Numbered from the stretch's first letter, positions 1 through 14,300 are shown. The stretch: 64,000 nt of DNA from Pecten maximus (GCF_902652985.1 NC_047017.1:7564001-7628000), one strand, 5' to 3'. Translations and numbers: made by a program. Notes: generated by a model not told the origin, from the letters alone.

Positions 1-1044
1 GTAATGATGAGGTCTGCTGGCAGTTTTTGGTATGGCAATTTTGTGCCGAAGATCAAAACATCGACCGAAAATATTAAAGGAAATCTATATAAAATATATA
101 AAGTATAAATGTTAATCAGAATTGCCCGTATTCTAGCAGGAGTTTGTTGCAGTAAGTACGTAATTTTATTTAAAAGATATTAAAGATATTAGTATATCAA
201 ACAAGTAGATTTAGAAAATCCGGTTCTGGTACTCAATCTTAGCATTTCAAGACAAGTCGAATATTCGGAAATTAATTACATAAATATTCAAAAATTTAGA
301 TGATGAAAAAACGTTTAAATAACCAATCGCTTCAGTAATTAAGTTTTAGAATAGCACAAATTGAGAGGAAGTGTGTAAATGTCAAGAAAATTCAAAGCTA
401 TGGTAGGTAGCCTATTGGGAAGGTATTGGCCCACATTCCGTTCTTCCGCCTGAAAGGTGATTTCGAAAACCACCATTTCGAGTTAGCAATATAATTAAGC
501 CAGGAAACCTACCACAAGCCATATTTCTGACACGTGTTGGTAAAACCATTTGCACCCGAACAAGATGTACTGGTTGCTATACATCCAGAAAGAATTATAC
601 GAATATAAAATAGATCTTTCGTTATTTTCAGTTAATACAAAAAATGGTTGTTTTTTTAATTGTTTAACTATAGTCGATACCTTAATTTGCCACTTTGTTT
701 GATGGGGCAGCTTTGTTCACTTAAACGCCAAAGTTTATTGCGAACTCCTGTCATCAATGATGGTGTTTCATGAAAAAAACGTTTTTGCTGACCCCTTCAG
801 TTTCTGCTAAAGAATTCCAGTACTTCACCATTTAGACTTTGACAATCGTGGTATCGACCACTTTGTATATAACATTGTGTTGTCCTGTCAAAGTGTACCA
901 TTATGTTCCTGGTTTATCTGTTTCTGAGACCGTTCCTTAACAGTCTGTTCCTTTACTGCCGTTCAACATTTTCTCGGTGATTCAAAAACATATTTGAAAC
1001 TATGTAACAATATATTTAACAATTGTTTTCAACTTTAGCTTCAA

Positions 1045-1570
1045 TTTCAGCTCGCTGGGACGAAGTCCTGGAGACCTATTGCTATACCCCGGTGTCAGCG
1101 TCGTCTGTTGACAGTAAGTCTAATTTGTTGTTTTTTTTATATAAAAGAATGACAATACTGATGAGGACATAAGTTATTTGGCATGTGTGTTACTTGTGGC
1201 CAGACCTTTCCATTGGTATTACATCTGTTGACCTTTACCCTGACATTTGACCTTCACTTATAAAACATTAACCTTGGCTATAGTATGTTAACTGTACGAG
1301 ATATGGCTTTTATATTTGATATGTGTGTTCCTTTTGATAAGTTCTTTCCTTTCGATAAGGTCTGCTGACCTTGACCGTGACAATTGACCTACATTTACGA
1401 AACATTAACCTTGTCTATAGTATGTTAACCGTACAAGATAATGATTATATATGACAAGGTGTTTCCTTTTGATAAGATCTGCTGACTTTGACCGTGACTT
1501 TTGGCCTACATTCAAAAAAACCCAATTCCTAATTTCAACCCACTCAACTGGTCTTCTGACAACTCTTCTT
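1045..1570 (+). mobile_element. Helentron/Helitron-associated non-autonomous element (HINE-like) with internal tandem ~130-150 bp units
   Basis: 5' hairpin GGGAC-GAA-GTCC, then gctatacccccggtgtcagcgtcgtc. About three copies of a gaccttgaccgtgaca.ttgacct...aaacattaaccttg unit follow, and it ends ...gtcttctgacaactcttctt. This architecture is typical of bivalve HINE-type repeats. Confidence 0.6.
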
Positions 1571-1573
1571 GTG

Positions 1574-2208
1574 TATGGGGCGCCGTTTTACTATTTATTC
1601 CCATTTGGTGATATCACCTATTCAAATGAGTGATATCACCTATTCGAATAGGTGATATCACTTAAGAACTTTTTTAAGTGATATCACCTATTCGAATAGG
1701 TGATATCACCTATTCGAATGAGTGATATCACCTATTCGAATAAGTGATATCACCTATTCGTTTCATTAAGTGATATCACCTATTCGAATGGGTGATATCA
1801 CCAAATGGGAATAAAAAGTAAAACGGCGGCCCATAGTGATATCACTCATTCGAATAGGTGATATCACTTATAAAATTTCATAAGTGATATCACCTATTCG
1901 TATAGGTGATATCACTCATTCGAATATGTGATATCACTTAAGAATTTTATAAGTGATATCACCTATTCGAATTGGTGATATCACTTGAGAATATTTTTAA
2001 GTGATATCACCTATTCGAATTGGTGATATCACCTATTCGAATGAGTGATATCACCTATTCGAATAAGTGATATCACCTTTTCGTTTCATTAAGTGATATC
2101 ACCTATTCGAATAGGTGATATCACTTATTTGAAAAATGAATAGGTGATATCACTAATTGAATAGGTGATATCACCAAATGGGAATAAATAGTAAAACGGC
2201 GCCCCATA
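1574..2208. mobile_element. Foldback MITE with TATGG termini and 6-bp TSD (IS3EU-like), composite
   Basis: About 50-bp TIRs TATGGGGCGCCGTTTTACTATTTATTCCCATTTGGTGATATCACC and their reverse complement. Perfect TSD cttgtg (1568-1573 and 2209-2214). Interior is a 22-bp palindromic array. Confidence 0.85.
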
Positions 2209-2243
2209 CTTGTGTCACTTTTTGAATCATACAGCACCATGCA

Positions 2244-2670
2244 GCTAGGACTCGTCAATGATGGTAGGGACATCATACAACTGTTTTGTCTGACCAGTCC
2301 TCGTCAGTGATGTTTGGGACATCATACAACTTTTATGTCCTTCTAGGACTCGTCAGTGATGGTAGGGACATCATATAACTGTTTTGTCTGACTAGTCCTC
2401 GTCAGTGACGGAAGGGGCGCCATACAGCTGTTTCGTCCTTCTATGACTCGTCAGTGATGGTAGGGACATCATACAAGCTGGTTCGTCCTTTTAGGAATCG
2501 TCAGTGATGGTAGGAATGCCATACAGCTGTTGTATCCTTCTAGGGCTCTTCCGTGATGCTAGGGAAACAATACAGTTGTTTTAACCTTCTTGGACTCGTA
2601 AGTGATAACAAGGACATCATACAACTGGTTCGTCCTTCTAGAACTCGTTAGTGATGCCAAGGGCCTAACG
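2244..2670. repeat. ~49-bp minisatellite, about 8.5 diverged copies
   Basis: Unit ctaggactcgtcagtgatggtagggacatcatacaactgttttgtcctt. Related fragments occur at ~12520-12560 and ~12715-12770. Confidence 0.85.
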
Positions 2671-4614
2671 TTTAAATGCCTATGTGGCAGCGGACGATTA
2701 ATTACAATTAATTTATTCCAAAGGGATCTTGAGGACAGCAAGTTGTCTGAGGAATATGTGAATTAACATAGGTACTTACGAAAGCAATATAATAAGTATT
2801 TATTATTCGTAATAGCGGGTAGGTTTGATACTTTAGCTAAGCGACCGTCCTCATGGTTGTCTTAACAGCTGATCCCTACTACGATCAGGAATACAGTGCA
2901 TGCTCAGTGAAATGTAAATTTCCGTGTGTAACTGCATTAATACTTAGTATTGCTCGCTGTTGTTATGCATTACCTCATCAATTCAAACAAAAAAGCACTG
3001 AAAACCACAATCTGCGCCCTTCGTGTCAGACAGTGTAGACAAAGTGGAAAACATGTAAACAATGACACGTCATCGACATGTACATGTTGTTACAATGTAC
3101 AACAAAGTATATTTATGTATACTGTATATAAATACACTGATCAAAAGAATGGGACGTAATGTTTATCCTCTAACACTCTGTACGTGTGTATTTAATCTTA
3201 TGCCAATTTATAGAAAATGTTTCCTCCTGTTATGCTGTGTATTGACGCTGAAATTCGGGCCAGTTTAATGATACGCGAAATCGTGCAAAACTGTGTCGCT
3301 AATGATTCTATCGAAAAATAAACATGAGAAGCCTTTAGTTGAAATCAATAGCGCTTTTAATATCAGCACGTTGCACAATTGACAACAATGTTTTATCAAC
3401 TTACTTTTGATCATTCTACCGGAGAGTCGTCGCATTGATCACCTTTTAGATGCCATTGCTCCCGCGAGCGTTGTGACATTATCACCATATGGATGATAAG
3501 AGTCTCTCAGGCGAAATTGGTTCTGCGTCTAACAGAATACACAGTTCGTCAATGCTTACATCATATTGTTTAAACTTAACTCATATAGCAATATATATGT
3601 ATATATAATTTATAGGAAAAACATTCTAAAATAATATATGGATTTTTCTTTCAAATAAAATTTGTTGAATTTCAACAGTTATCATTTTGAGAAAATATCC
3701 AACGGAGGGTAAAGGGAGGTAACTCCGATTTCATTTTTGTAATTTATTACAATGTTACGAAGAAATATCGAGTTTCATTACATGCCAAAACATCCTCTAT
3801 ATTAACACGTGCTTTGGTGTATGTTTTATTAAAAGAGAGTTGCAATTATTATTACTATTTTTTTTCGGGGAGGGGGCATCCTCGCAATGAAGGATATATG
3901 AGGAATATGAGGGCGTAAGGCGGGTGTCGTCAAGGAGATACATATACAATTGTAGAAGACAACAAAGCACAGTAACACAGAAAAGACATCATAGATCTGA
4001 AAAATACCACGGGGTGTTTTAACATAATATCAATAATGTTTGTTTACGACATGTTTCGTCACTTTAGTTTCTCAGTGACACTAACGCAGTAGTTGATTAT
4101 CAATAACTAATTGTGAGGGAAATTACAACGAAGTCTGTGAAATATATTTCAACTCCATTTTGAAGCTTTCCAAGATTTCAATCAGCAAATGCATATCATT
4201 TTGTGTTTTTTTTTTATTATTTGTACCATAAGTAAATTATATAATGCAAATTCAAATATATACGATTGTACATTTCTATCTAAATAACCTTATCTACAGA
4301 CTCAGGTCACCTTTAACTGAAAAAATAACAATTCAATCTCACAAATTAATCTCACTTACAGCCATCGTCAAATTAAACAATCGTGTAACAGAATAATGGA
4401 CTAATTGGTTTTTTAAGTTATTTGAAATGGTTTCTTGTAAATTAGATTCTTTTGAAGCATGCAACATTTATGTCGCTTTTTTTATCTGTCCCCTTGAAAA
4501 GTCATAAATCACAGCAAAGAGTTCGAGTTTACTTGTTTTCACAAGCAGATTTATCATTACATTGTAACATAGATTCTAAAAATCTACCAACATCATAACG
4601 AAAACCGACGTCAC

Positions 4615-4885
4615 CCTAGCTCTCATTTTGAGGAAGTTGACCTACATTTGGATGGCGTGTGTCGTCGTGACCTAGATTTGTATGGTATGTGTCGTCGTGA
4701 CCTAGATTTGTATGTCGGGTGTCGTCAGAGAAGCTGAAGACGCATACTCTATAGGAACATCTGGTCTTTGTCTCCATGTACTTTTTGAAGGGTTTCCCTC
4801 TAAATCTATATTTTTGTTTATATCTTGTCATTGTTTTATAGATTTTGATTTCGTTATGATTTCGGTATTCTCTGTTGTATTTCTA
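4615..4885 (+). mobile_element. 3' tail fragment of a Penelope-like element family, with 30-bp repeats
   Basis: Three gtgtcgtcgtgacctagatttgtat units, then aaatctatatttttgtt and cggtattct. Colinear with 47700-48085. Confidence 0.65.
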
Positions 4886-6712
4886 ACTCAAAAGTGATCA
4901 AAGGAGGCCGAAATACAAACAAAGACAAGCCTATTTAGTCGAGATCTTTCGCTCCCGAAAGGCTGCGCAGAATTCGAACAGATCCAGTCTTCGGAAGCCT
5001 TTTCATACTCATGACAAACATGTCGATCACTTTTAAATGTTTTTATACAGGAAAACATGGATATTCAGCTTTGTAATGAACAAAACATTTCCTAACCTAC
5101 GCCGAGTGTCATTTCCCATGGCTTTTTGATATGAATGAAGAGGTAAAACATTTATTTTGTAATCTTTGTCGAAAGCATTACATAATAGCATATTGAGGAT
5201 TCTTAATCAGGTTTTGTACTATTTTGAACTATAGGTATCAATATTGGGATTTCTATTCTACTGTATTTGTGTTTTTATAATTTTGTAATTGATATTATTG
5301 TATCTCTGATATCTATTTTGTACACGTAGATATAGCTTGGAAAAAGTCCATATCTACTTGTACAATCTGTAAATTTTAAACTTTATTTATCAATGTTGCT
5401 TTTTATTGATTCGCAAATCCTCTGAAGACTAAACAGTCAGAACTTTTTATGTTGATTTTTTGCTTTTAATTGATAACTCTCCAGAAATTGTAGCTAGAAT
5501 GTCAAAGCTCTGATACACCTTATATAAATTTTATCGGAGGAAGGGTAATTCTGACATATGTCGAAATAAGTTTCCCCTAAAACGTTTAACCCTTGTCTGC
5601 ATTTGTTATTCGACAGATTTTTTTGTTTTGTAAAGAACAATAGCGACATTTTTTTTATATACATGAGATTGTTACATTCCTGTTTTGTACTGTGTTGATC
5701 CCTATGTTGTTTTCTTTTTGTTTTTTGTTGTTTTGTTGTTTTGTTTGTTTTCTTGTATGCGTCTTTGAAGAGTCCATCAATCAATTTAGACAGAACGATA
5801 AATTATTACATTCTTTGTTTCCTCTTTTTTGCTTGTCAGATTTGTTCATTTTTTCTTCGCTTCCATAGGCACAATCAACATTTCACTTTATCAATGGTAC
5901 ATTTTCGTGAATCATAGAATATACCATCTATTTTAAGTGTGTAAACATTTTTTTTTTTTTTTTTTTTTTTTGCGATTGTCTATATTTTTTTCCAAATTAT
6001 TGCGTTGGTTCATGATGTTCTGGCTGCATCAAATTTTGCGGTGCTTTTCAAATACCCATAAAAACAGTTTTATTTGTAGAAGATAAACTACTTGTGTAGG
6101 GTGCCAAGCAAGTGTAAACATCCTTAGCGCGTGCGTAGCTTAATGGATCTTTATAGGACCAGTAACAAAGTTTAAATCAAACCTCGCATATCTAGTTTTT
6201 TATACCTGGAATATATATCTTAATTTGTTATATTGTTTCTTTTCCATGTATTACCTGTAAAAAGATAATTAGCAATGCCTCTTCATTTTTGCCTTTTCTT
6301 TCATTTCTTGGTGCGAGTAAAATTATTTTGAGTGGGACTTATTCTTAGTGGATTAATAACAATACGGTTTGAATATAAAAATATTTTTATATTTTTTCTA
6401 CTTTTGCATAATAACTCTTGATTCAATTGTGGGGTTGCAGCTTTGTTTGACAAATCCCAAAATATGCATATTGATTTGAATTAGGTCATAATGTACATGA
6501 ACTGAGCGTATTGTGACTGCATTATTTTAAGCTTTTCTTATAAAGAAATATTTTACTTCAAATAAGATCAAATTAAGAGTGTGTTTTGTTTGCATAAATA
6601 GTTTAAAGATTTATCACAGTATTGATTCAAAATATAAGTGATAATTTGTACATAACTGGTATCAACTATAAATGGACAGAAATGCAGAATCTTGGCTACT
6701 ATTAGGTATTGT

Positions 6713-6718
6713 TTTATT
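6713..6718 (-). terminator. Candidate polyadenylation signal (AATAAA) for Hlx
   Basis: tttatt on + strand about 80 nt past the stop. Further AATAAA sites near 6070, 5400 and 5150 are alternatives. Confidence 0.35.
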
Positions 6719-6795
6719 AAACAATGATAAATATCGTATAACAATAGCATCATAAATATATATTAATATAAAGACAAAAATAGTCGTTAGTGTTT

Positions 6796-6996
6796 CTATA
6801 TGTTGTCGCTCGTTGTCGGCACGTCGTTGTCGTTATCACTGTCATCTGAATTATCAGAACACACAGATTTATTACATCTGTCTTTTATTACGTCACTTCC
6901 TGTTTCACATTCAGTGTCCGGAAGTGTGTCATCTTTTTCTTTTTGTTGTTGTGCGTGTCGCCATTTCATCCTCCGATTTTGAAACCAAACTTTGAC
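6796..6996 (-). CDS. HLX: Hlx coding exon 4 (homeodomain helix 3 and acidic tail, stop TAG)
   Basis: Acceptor ttttttttgcag, then VKVWFQNRRMKWRHAQQQ...SDNSDDSDNDND...*. Phase-0 intron at the typical AQ|VK homeobox position. Confidence 0.97.
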   Translation of the reverse strand, partial: VKVWFQNRRMKWRHAQQQKEKDDTLPDTECETGSDVIKDRCNKSVCSDNSDDSDNDNDVPTTSDNI

Positions 6997-8331
6997 CTGC
7001 AAAAAAAATGCAAATAATAAAATATTGAATACTTAGTATATATATTTTCTATCAGTTTATAAAATCAGGGATTTAATACATAAATGAATGATCCGCTATG
7101 TAGGAGCTAAAGCCAAGCTTTGGTGTATTGACGTTTGAAAAAACACGATTAATCGAGAAACACTCGGTTGTTTCCGTAGGGAGCCTTGTTTTTAGCCAAT
7201 GAAATGGCCGAAATGGGTCGTTCTCCGTTCCATTTTTGTAAGTTTAATGGCGGCCTTCAATGATGCGCGTGCAATATACCGCGGCACACGAAATGGAAGT
7301 TGATGGATTAGCAGAATGTGTAAACTGATTGCATTGTTTTCTCGTGTATACCCGGGTGTTAGCAGAATGACAGCCTTCAGCTCTTATGCCAGCGTTACGA
7401 GCTTACACTATCATAAATGAATCAGCTTCTATGACATTATGAGTTGTCTCCCATTGGTGAATCTATAGGTATAATTTACTCTTTTTCATGTCAACACTGC
7501 CCTGACTTTTCATTCCTATTTTATATCCACAAAATCATCATTGTAATGTGCATTCTTTAAAAGACGTTACAAAGAAAACAGTCAAGAGGACACTTTATGT
7601 CTTGTACACGTGTTCTGCTTTTCATTTATATCTAATTATATCACTGAAAAAATCTACTAGATGCTGTGGCGGAGATAGATTGGTTAAGTTTCCTTCTTCA
7701 AACCAATAAGAAAATAAAAACGTGAACTCTAAATACCATGTAACAAATGTCCGAATGAACAGTTTGTAGGAACTATATCCTATGATATCCTGTTAACCGT
7801 GAGATATTCATACACAGAACTATAAAGAATAAAGATGGGACTCAAATATTGTGACACGGCGGAAACAATTATGCACACCCTGGCGTGCCTTATAGATTTG
7901 GGGTCATCTCAATGAGAACAAGGCCCAATACATACATGTATATGAACACGAAATTTAGATGGAGACAATTTCAACGCTTCAAGGCTTTTTCACGATTCCA
8001 GAATGAAATTGTGTTAAAATATTGAAAATAAAGGAAACCAAATTGAATTTCTTCGGTCATTATTAAAAAATATATATATTGCAGACAGCATTTGACGCAG
8101 TCAACGTGTATTATACATTTTGTATATGTCATTTTTCCACTGACAACGGCTTTACCTATTTGTCTAAAACAAAACTGAGTTTGCGTGAAGTATTTTTAAC
8201 GTTTAATGGGCATTATCTTAAAATGGTTAAGATTAAGCTGATTTTGCAGTATGACATGTTTAAATGATATTTCAAAAATTGTTCCTAAGTGATAATAACA
8301 ATATTCTATAACACGTGCCATCAAAACTTAC

Positions 8332-8519
8332 CTGAGCGTCTGTGAGACCTAACATGGCGGCCAGCTGTCGTCTGTCGGGTTTCGTGACGTATTTCTGTAC
8401 TTCAAATCGCTTCTCCAGTCCCTTCCTCTGTAGGTTCGAGAACACAGCACGTGACCAAGATCTTTTCCGTTTTGATTGGCTACATCCATTTCCGTCATCG
8501 TTGAGTATTGAGTACGGAC
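8332..8519 (-). CDS. HLX: Hlx coding exon 3 (N-terminal part of homeodomain)
   Basis: [63 protein letters not shown], the diagnostic Hlx homeodomain. Acceptor tag, donor CAG|GTAAGT. Absent from the ORF track on this strand. Confidence 0.97.
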
Positions 8520-9066
8520 CTACTTGTTAAATAAAGAAATACATAATCATCTCTTAATTCGAAACAAAACATGTAATTATATTAATGGTAGATCTTAAGA
8601 CACGGTGTTAACATAATTGTACATGAACATGGAAGCTATGTATTGAACAATAAAATGATAATGGGGGTATTTAGGAAACTGTATAATATGAGAGCACTAT
8701 GTAAACATACTTAGTATATAAAGGTCGCATCCGTAATGTCAATCTAGATAAAATCCAGGAAATGCAATGCTCTCAAAATAGGAACCGGAATAGTGAAAAC
8801 GGAACCACCGGGCTCTATATATAATATATCTGTTCAAGGCTGATTAATCTGTTTTAGATATAATATTCCAATATTACATAATTTTTACCGTTTACCTATC
8901 GTAGCTTGCCGAAATGAAACGATTGCTTATGCATATCCAAGATTCCTAGCCCATAATTAAAAACTTCCTGCTATTTACCGAAATGGTAGGATCGTCTCGA
9001 CAATGACAAAAGTTCGTCACTCCAATAATTACCGGAGTTTCCCGAACATTAAGATTAACTACTAAC

Positions 9067-9249
9067 CGGGAAGTGAGTCGACTGAGTGAGACAGTGGATA
9101 GGTTGGTGGTTGGATAGCATGGACAGCTGATAGAGATGCTGACGGGAAGGACATCCGGGTATTGATAAAGTTGGATGTGATAGTCCCGCACCCACACGAG
9201 ATCCTGTTGTCCAGAATGGAAGTGTCGCCATGATGTTTTTCTCTATTTT
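9067..9249 (-). CDS. HLX: Hlx coding exon 2 (183 nt, phase 1/1)
   Basis: Acceptor ttcttttaacag, open frame ENREKHHGD...SHSVDSLP, donor CCCG|GTTAGT. It keeps frame between exons 1 and 3 and builds the LPGPY junction (HLX FPGPY). Confidence 0.8.
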
Positions 9250-10368
9250 CTGTTAAAAGAAACAGCAAAATCGTGTATAGCTATATACACAAGTGTATAG
9301 ATGAAGAATCATTTTGTAAAGCAGACTCCTCTGTCCTATTAATGTAATAAAATTTCATTGATCAATTCACGTCTTAACACTTAATACCAGTGTAACCGAA
9401 AGAAATCTAGCTTACAATAAGTGCCCGTAAGTCTGTTTCTCCACTCCAGCTTCCACCACTAAAGGTGTTTAATTATAACGTGTTTCCCCTCTGAACATAA
9501 ATATTTTCTGGAAGAATGAAATAAATGGGTTGTTATTATACTCTGTGGCTGCAGGTAACATCAAGCAACTCTACCCGACGTAAGTGTGGCCTTAAGATTT
9601 CATTGTCTAGTCTTATACAATGTAACTATCTTGGAAGAAGCTGCATTCCTTTCTTTCTAACTATTATAGGATAAGTATAACCTCTTTTGTTTTGACTCCT
9701 TTCTTTGTAGAGTAAATGTGTTTTAAAGAAAATGAGCATGAGCATCATAGTTAATTATGTTTGTCTTTAAACAGCATATTTTGTTGACCCCAGTTCAGTT
9801 ACTGTTCAAATAAATCTGGCATTGGACGTTTAGCTTATTCTAAATTCATGATGTATAGTACCTTATAACATAAATAGGCCTTTTCTATGAAATAACATAT
9901 TCATTTTTTTTTAATGTCTAATTGTCATTTTTTTCAGTGACATGACATCATCAATTTTTTAAATTAAACGTATTGTCATTGATTGTCATATATCATTTCC
10001 TAATGTGACGTCAATATATCTGTTAATTTACACTGTAGATTGTTTATCATGATCTGAAATGACGTCATGATATTTTTTTTAATCTACATCGTGTTTTCAT
10101 TATTTTACAGCTATACAATATGACGTCATTACTTCTAAAATGGTCCTAATGTCGTGTCAGCGTGTAACATTCCATTTTTTTGTGGTATTTCAATTTCATT
10201 CTGTCACTTGATATATTATAATCAAAAACAAAAGTTTATAAACAAAACATGAGAGTGCAAGTACAATTTCAATGAATGATTTCTAAGTCGACGAAATACT
10301 ATAATATCAGACATGAATTAAGGTTCAGTGGACACACGTGAAAACATCTGAAAATACTTATTTAGTTA

Positions 10369-10561
10369 CTGTATACCTGTTGAATTTACGTGGATAATAT
10401 TTCGCGGATGTCCCAGTCGAGTCTTGTTTGCGAGTTTTAATTTCTCACAATCATGCCTTGAAAACATTCCGTAGTAATGCTGGGTATTTATTTTCCTGAG
10501 ATATCTAACGACCACAAATATAGCGAAATTGAATACCCCGCGAATGTCGCCAACTAGACAG
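10369..10561. mobile_element. Degenerate Tc1/mariner-type MITE
   Basis: TA|CTGTA...ACAG|TA ends with internal ttcgcg/cgcgaa inverted motifs. Confidence 0.45.
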
Positions 10562-10899
10562 TACAAGTAAATAATGGGTTATATTAAACTGTGATATACT
10601 TCATCCTTCTAAGTCTCGCCAGTAATACAAGGTACAGAAGTATGAGGACTCGGTGGTTACTAACGTCAAAATATCATAAATATCTAAGCACTAATATGTC
10701 GGTATAATGATATTAAAAGTTTCACTGCTTAATAAATACTTGTGGTTGTCATTGATCAGTGTAACAGGTCATAGACGATTATTGACATATTTGTTTCACT
10801 TTCAAACAGGTAAACTGCTAATAACTTCATAAATCTCATGTCGGAATTCCTGTAACTGTCAGCTTCACTGAATATAACCAATACCTTCATCTTCAATTG

Positions 10900-11300
10900 T
10901 AGATACATTTATAGTTCGTATGGAGTTATATCATTATGTACTTACTTCTATTTTATTATGATACTTGTAGTATATGATAATTCTTGTATATCATTGTCTG
11001 GCTTCTATTATACTTTTTCCATTTACTTGTAGTGTATTTTAATTATGATTTAATTTTTATTATTAACTTGTATTATGTTTATGATATTTATATCATTGTG
11101 ATTGTATTGTATTATAATATTTGTATTATATCATAATACTTGTATTATTTGTATTTGTAATGTATTTTTGCTGCTTGTATTATGTTACATTTTTATTTTA
11201 TTTGTAACTCACCATCATATTTCATGTAGAGCATGACGTTTTATTATACACTGTATCATAATATTTGTATTGAATTATATTACTTACAATGTACGAGTAT
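10900..11300. repeat. Low-complexity (ttgtatta)-like AT-rich tract
   Basis: Many degenerate ttgtatta/ttata motifs. Confidence 0.6.
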
Positions 11301-14300
11301 AGAGTTATACGCATAAAAGTGTTATCTTTCAGGAAATCATTGCTATTCTCGTCCATTAAGAGGAAGCCCTTTCTTTATGGCTCAGAATGTATATATCCAT
11401 CGCCTCATTAAATCTAAATGTATAATCAATGTTTTATGCGCAAAATTTGACGATAAATTATAGTGTGTTGTAATCATTTAAGTGTATTTAGATAAAGGAA
11501 CGTTTCTAAATGTTACAGATTAGCCCCAATGGTCCTCCTTCCTTGGCTGTCAATTTATCGAGATCAATATAGTTTATCAGATTAATACTCTAATATGATA
11601 ATCATTTTTATTTGTGTTTGTAATAGAATGGTATTTTGTTTATCTACCTTACAATAACTGGTTTTACTATATCCACATATCTACGGTTAACGTGAGATAT
11701 TTGCGTGCATGTACGTTGTCAATTTATTAGTACTCTGATGATTTTGGACTAAATTTCGTTATCATGAATTACTAAACGTCAATGTGTTCTTTACAAAATG
11801 ATTAACTCCCTACTTTAATAATAGTTTCTTCAAGGAGCTGTCCCGTCCAACTATAAATTCTGATTGCTGTAAAACTCATTCATTAAAAATGATTGATATT
11901 TTGTATAATACTCGCATCTGATTTATAAATCCATACTCCTTAAACAAATATCAAGGAGCTATCCGACCACGAATTTAGATTGCTTTCTCACTCATTCATA
12001 AAAAAAACAATTAGTATTTTGTATAATATTAGCGACTAATTTATAAACTACTCCACAAACTACAACATTCTAACTTACTGATATCCCCTCTTCCTATAAC
12101 CAATGTTTTTGGCGATTATACGTGTTGGATTTTTACGCTAAATGTAGATTCAGAATGAATGTTTTGAAAACAAAAGGATTTTCTTCATGTATGTATCCAG
12201 AAAGTATATTGGCGAAATATTCTGGGTATATCTATATGTGGAATATCTGTATTTTATTTGTTATACTTGCTTTCAGAGTATACCTTTATAAATCAGTTAA
12301 CACCTTTATGTGGCTATTCCTTGTTTACTTTGTTTGTTTTTTTGTTTTTTGTTTTTTTTGTTTTTTTTTGTTTTTTTTTTTTGTTGTTTTTTTTATCTGA
12401 TAAGTATATTGAGAATGTGCTTCAAATTTGTAATATAGACCCACAAGTCAATACTACAAAAAAAAACACAAATTTAGCTAGAGAATCAATACATTCCTTA
12501 CAGTGAATGAAGAACTAAGCCAAACAGCTGTTTCATCTTTCTAGGACCCGTCATTGATGAACGAAAGGTGAGTATTCAGAGTATATTTAGAGAATTACCA
12601 AGTTAGTTTTCTATTTTTGGTTAGTATATCAGAGGATTGTTCAAAAGAAAAAAGATATTAGCACCTTTCAAAATAAATTGAGAGCTCAATACAGTAGAGC
12701 ATAATGAATTGGATCAAACATCTTTTTCTCCCTCCTAGGACTCGTTAGGGATTCCTAGGGCCTAATTTGATCATAAGCAGCGACAAAAAAAAAACTCGAA
12801 ACAAGTCAAAATCTGGATGGGAAGATGCAAAATACCTAAAACTTCAATAGCTTTTATGATTTTCAATATTGGATTTCAAAAGAATATCTTAAATCCAGTA
12901 GCCAGTATGTAAAAAGAGTGTGTTTTAGTGAATAATCCAGTTACATTTGTTTTCTGAATTTGAATTTGATTAGTGTGTCAGAAATGCTAGGCCTATGTCA
13001 GAATCCAGTAAATATTAAGAGTATATCTTTAGTTAATTACCCAGTTATTTTCGGTATTTGTAGAGTGCATCAGAATATTTTAAAATAATGCTATGTCAAA
13101 ATCCAGGAAAGACTTCAGAAAGAAGTCAGAGAATACGTGTTGGTAGTATGTTAAATCTGTAAGTATTCAGACTATTTGATATACAGCTGTATTCTGTGAA
13201 ATTGTTTCTTAAACGTTCAGAAATATCGACTTATCAGATTTATTAGTTAACATCGAAAAGAAATGTGTGGAAGCTTTGTTAACTTGGTATGTAAATAGGG
13301 TTTGTAGGGTGGAATTTAAGTCTGGAGGAAAATTTGGGGAAATCAAGAGTATGGAATATTGCCAAATGAGGGAATAAGACTGAATTAGTGAAGTATGGTG
13401 TTGTGAGAGCGAATTTTTTGTCGTACACACTGTAGATTTCCCATAGTAACACACGTGTATACAGGTATCTAACCTGTGACTGTCATGTGTTTTAAATCGT
13501 TACACATCTGTTAACTGGTCACGTAACCATGTTTGTTTGTAGAAATAATGTTCAGATTGTAGCATAATATTTATTATTTACTGAATATCATATATATATA
13601 TATATACATCATCACACAGTACTGACACAGCAAAACGTGTCACGTGTGTGATGACGCTCATACTCAATAAATCATCTAATGAGTAAATAAAAAAACTTGG
13701 TAAGTATTCTGTGTACATATATACATACTACTTACATGACGAAGTTTGAATTAGATAGATATTCATGAAGTTGATGCTTTGTCAATATCAGGGTATATTT
13801 GTTGTTAAATATCGAGAACGCTTTAATAAATAAGGAGCACATTTGGAAGTTAAATGCAAGACGTTTTTAAGATAAACTTGTGTATCATCAGGTAAATGTT
13901 TGTTCAGTAAGCGGACCATATGTGTTGGAAATGGTTGAGAATGCGAAAATAAGTATTCGGTAAATTTGGAACATACAGAAATTTCAAGTAATTTTGAATA
14001 AACGTCAAGATATCTTTTGGAAATAAACATCAACAACGTTTAAGTATATTTTCAAAGTAAACGGTCGGATTTTGTATAATACAAAGTCTGGAATATCAGA
14101 CTATTTCGTACAGAACCTATCTGTAGGCTGTCCATATTTTTTGTCGAATTATCCGACACATACGGTAGGTGCGTAAAATATTTTACGTATTACCTACCTG
14201 ATCCAACAAGGACCATGCAGGGTGGTCATGTGTTAATTAAAGTTTCGAGAGTATTTAGATGATATTATAACTGTCTGTCAGTTTAACCCCAATTATGTCT

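Noticed and set aside
1608-2175. CRISPR-like palindromic repeat array
   Set aside because: There are no unique spacers or cas genes, the context is eukaryotic, and the array lies within TIRs with a TSD.
8946-9197. 83-aa alternative-frame ORF over Hlx exon 2
   Set aside because: Phase is incompatible with the flanking exons; the other frame fits the splice model.
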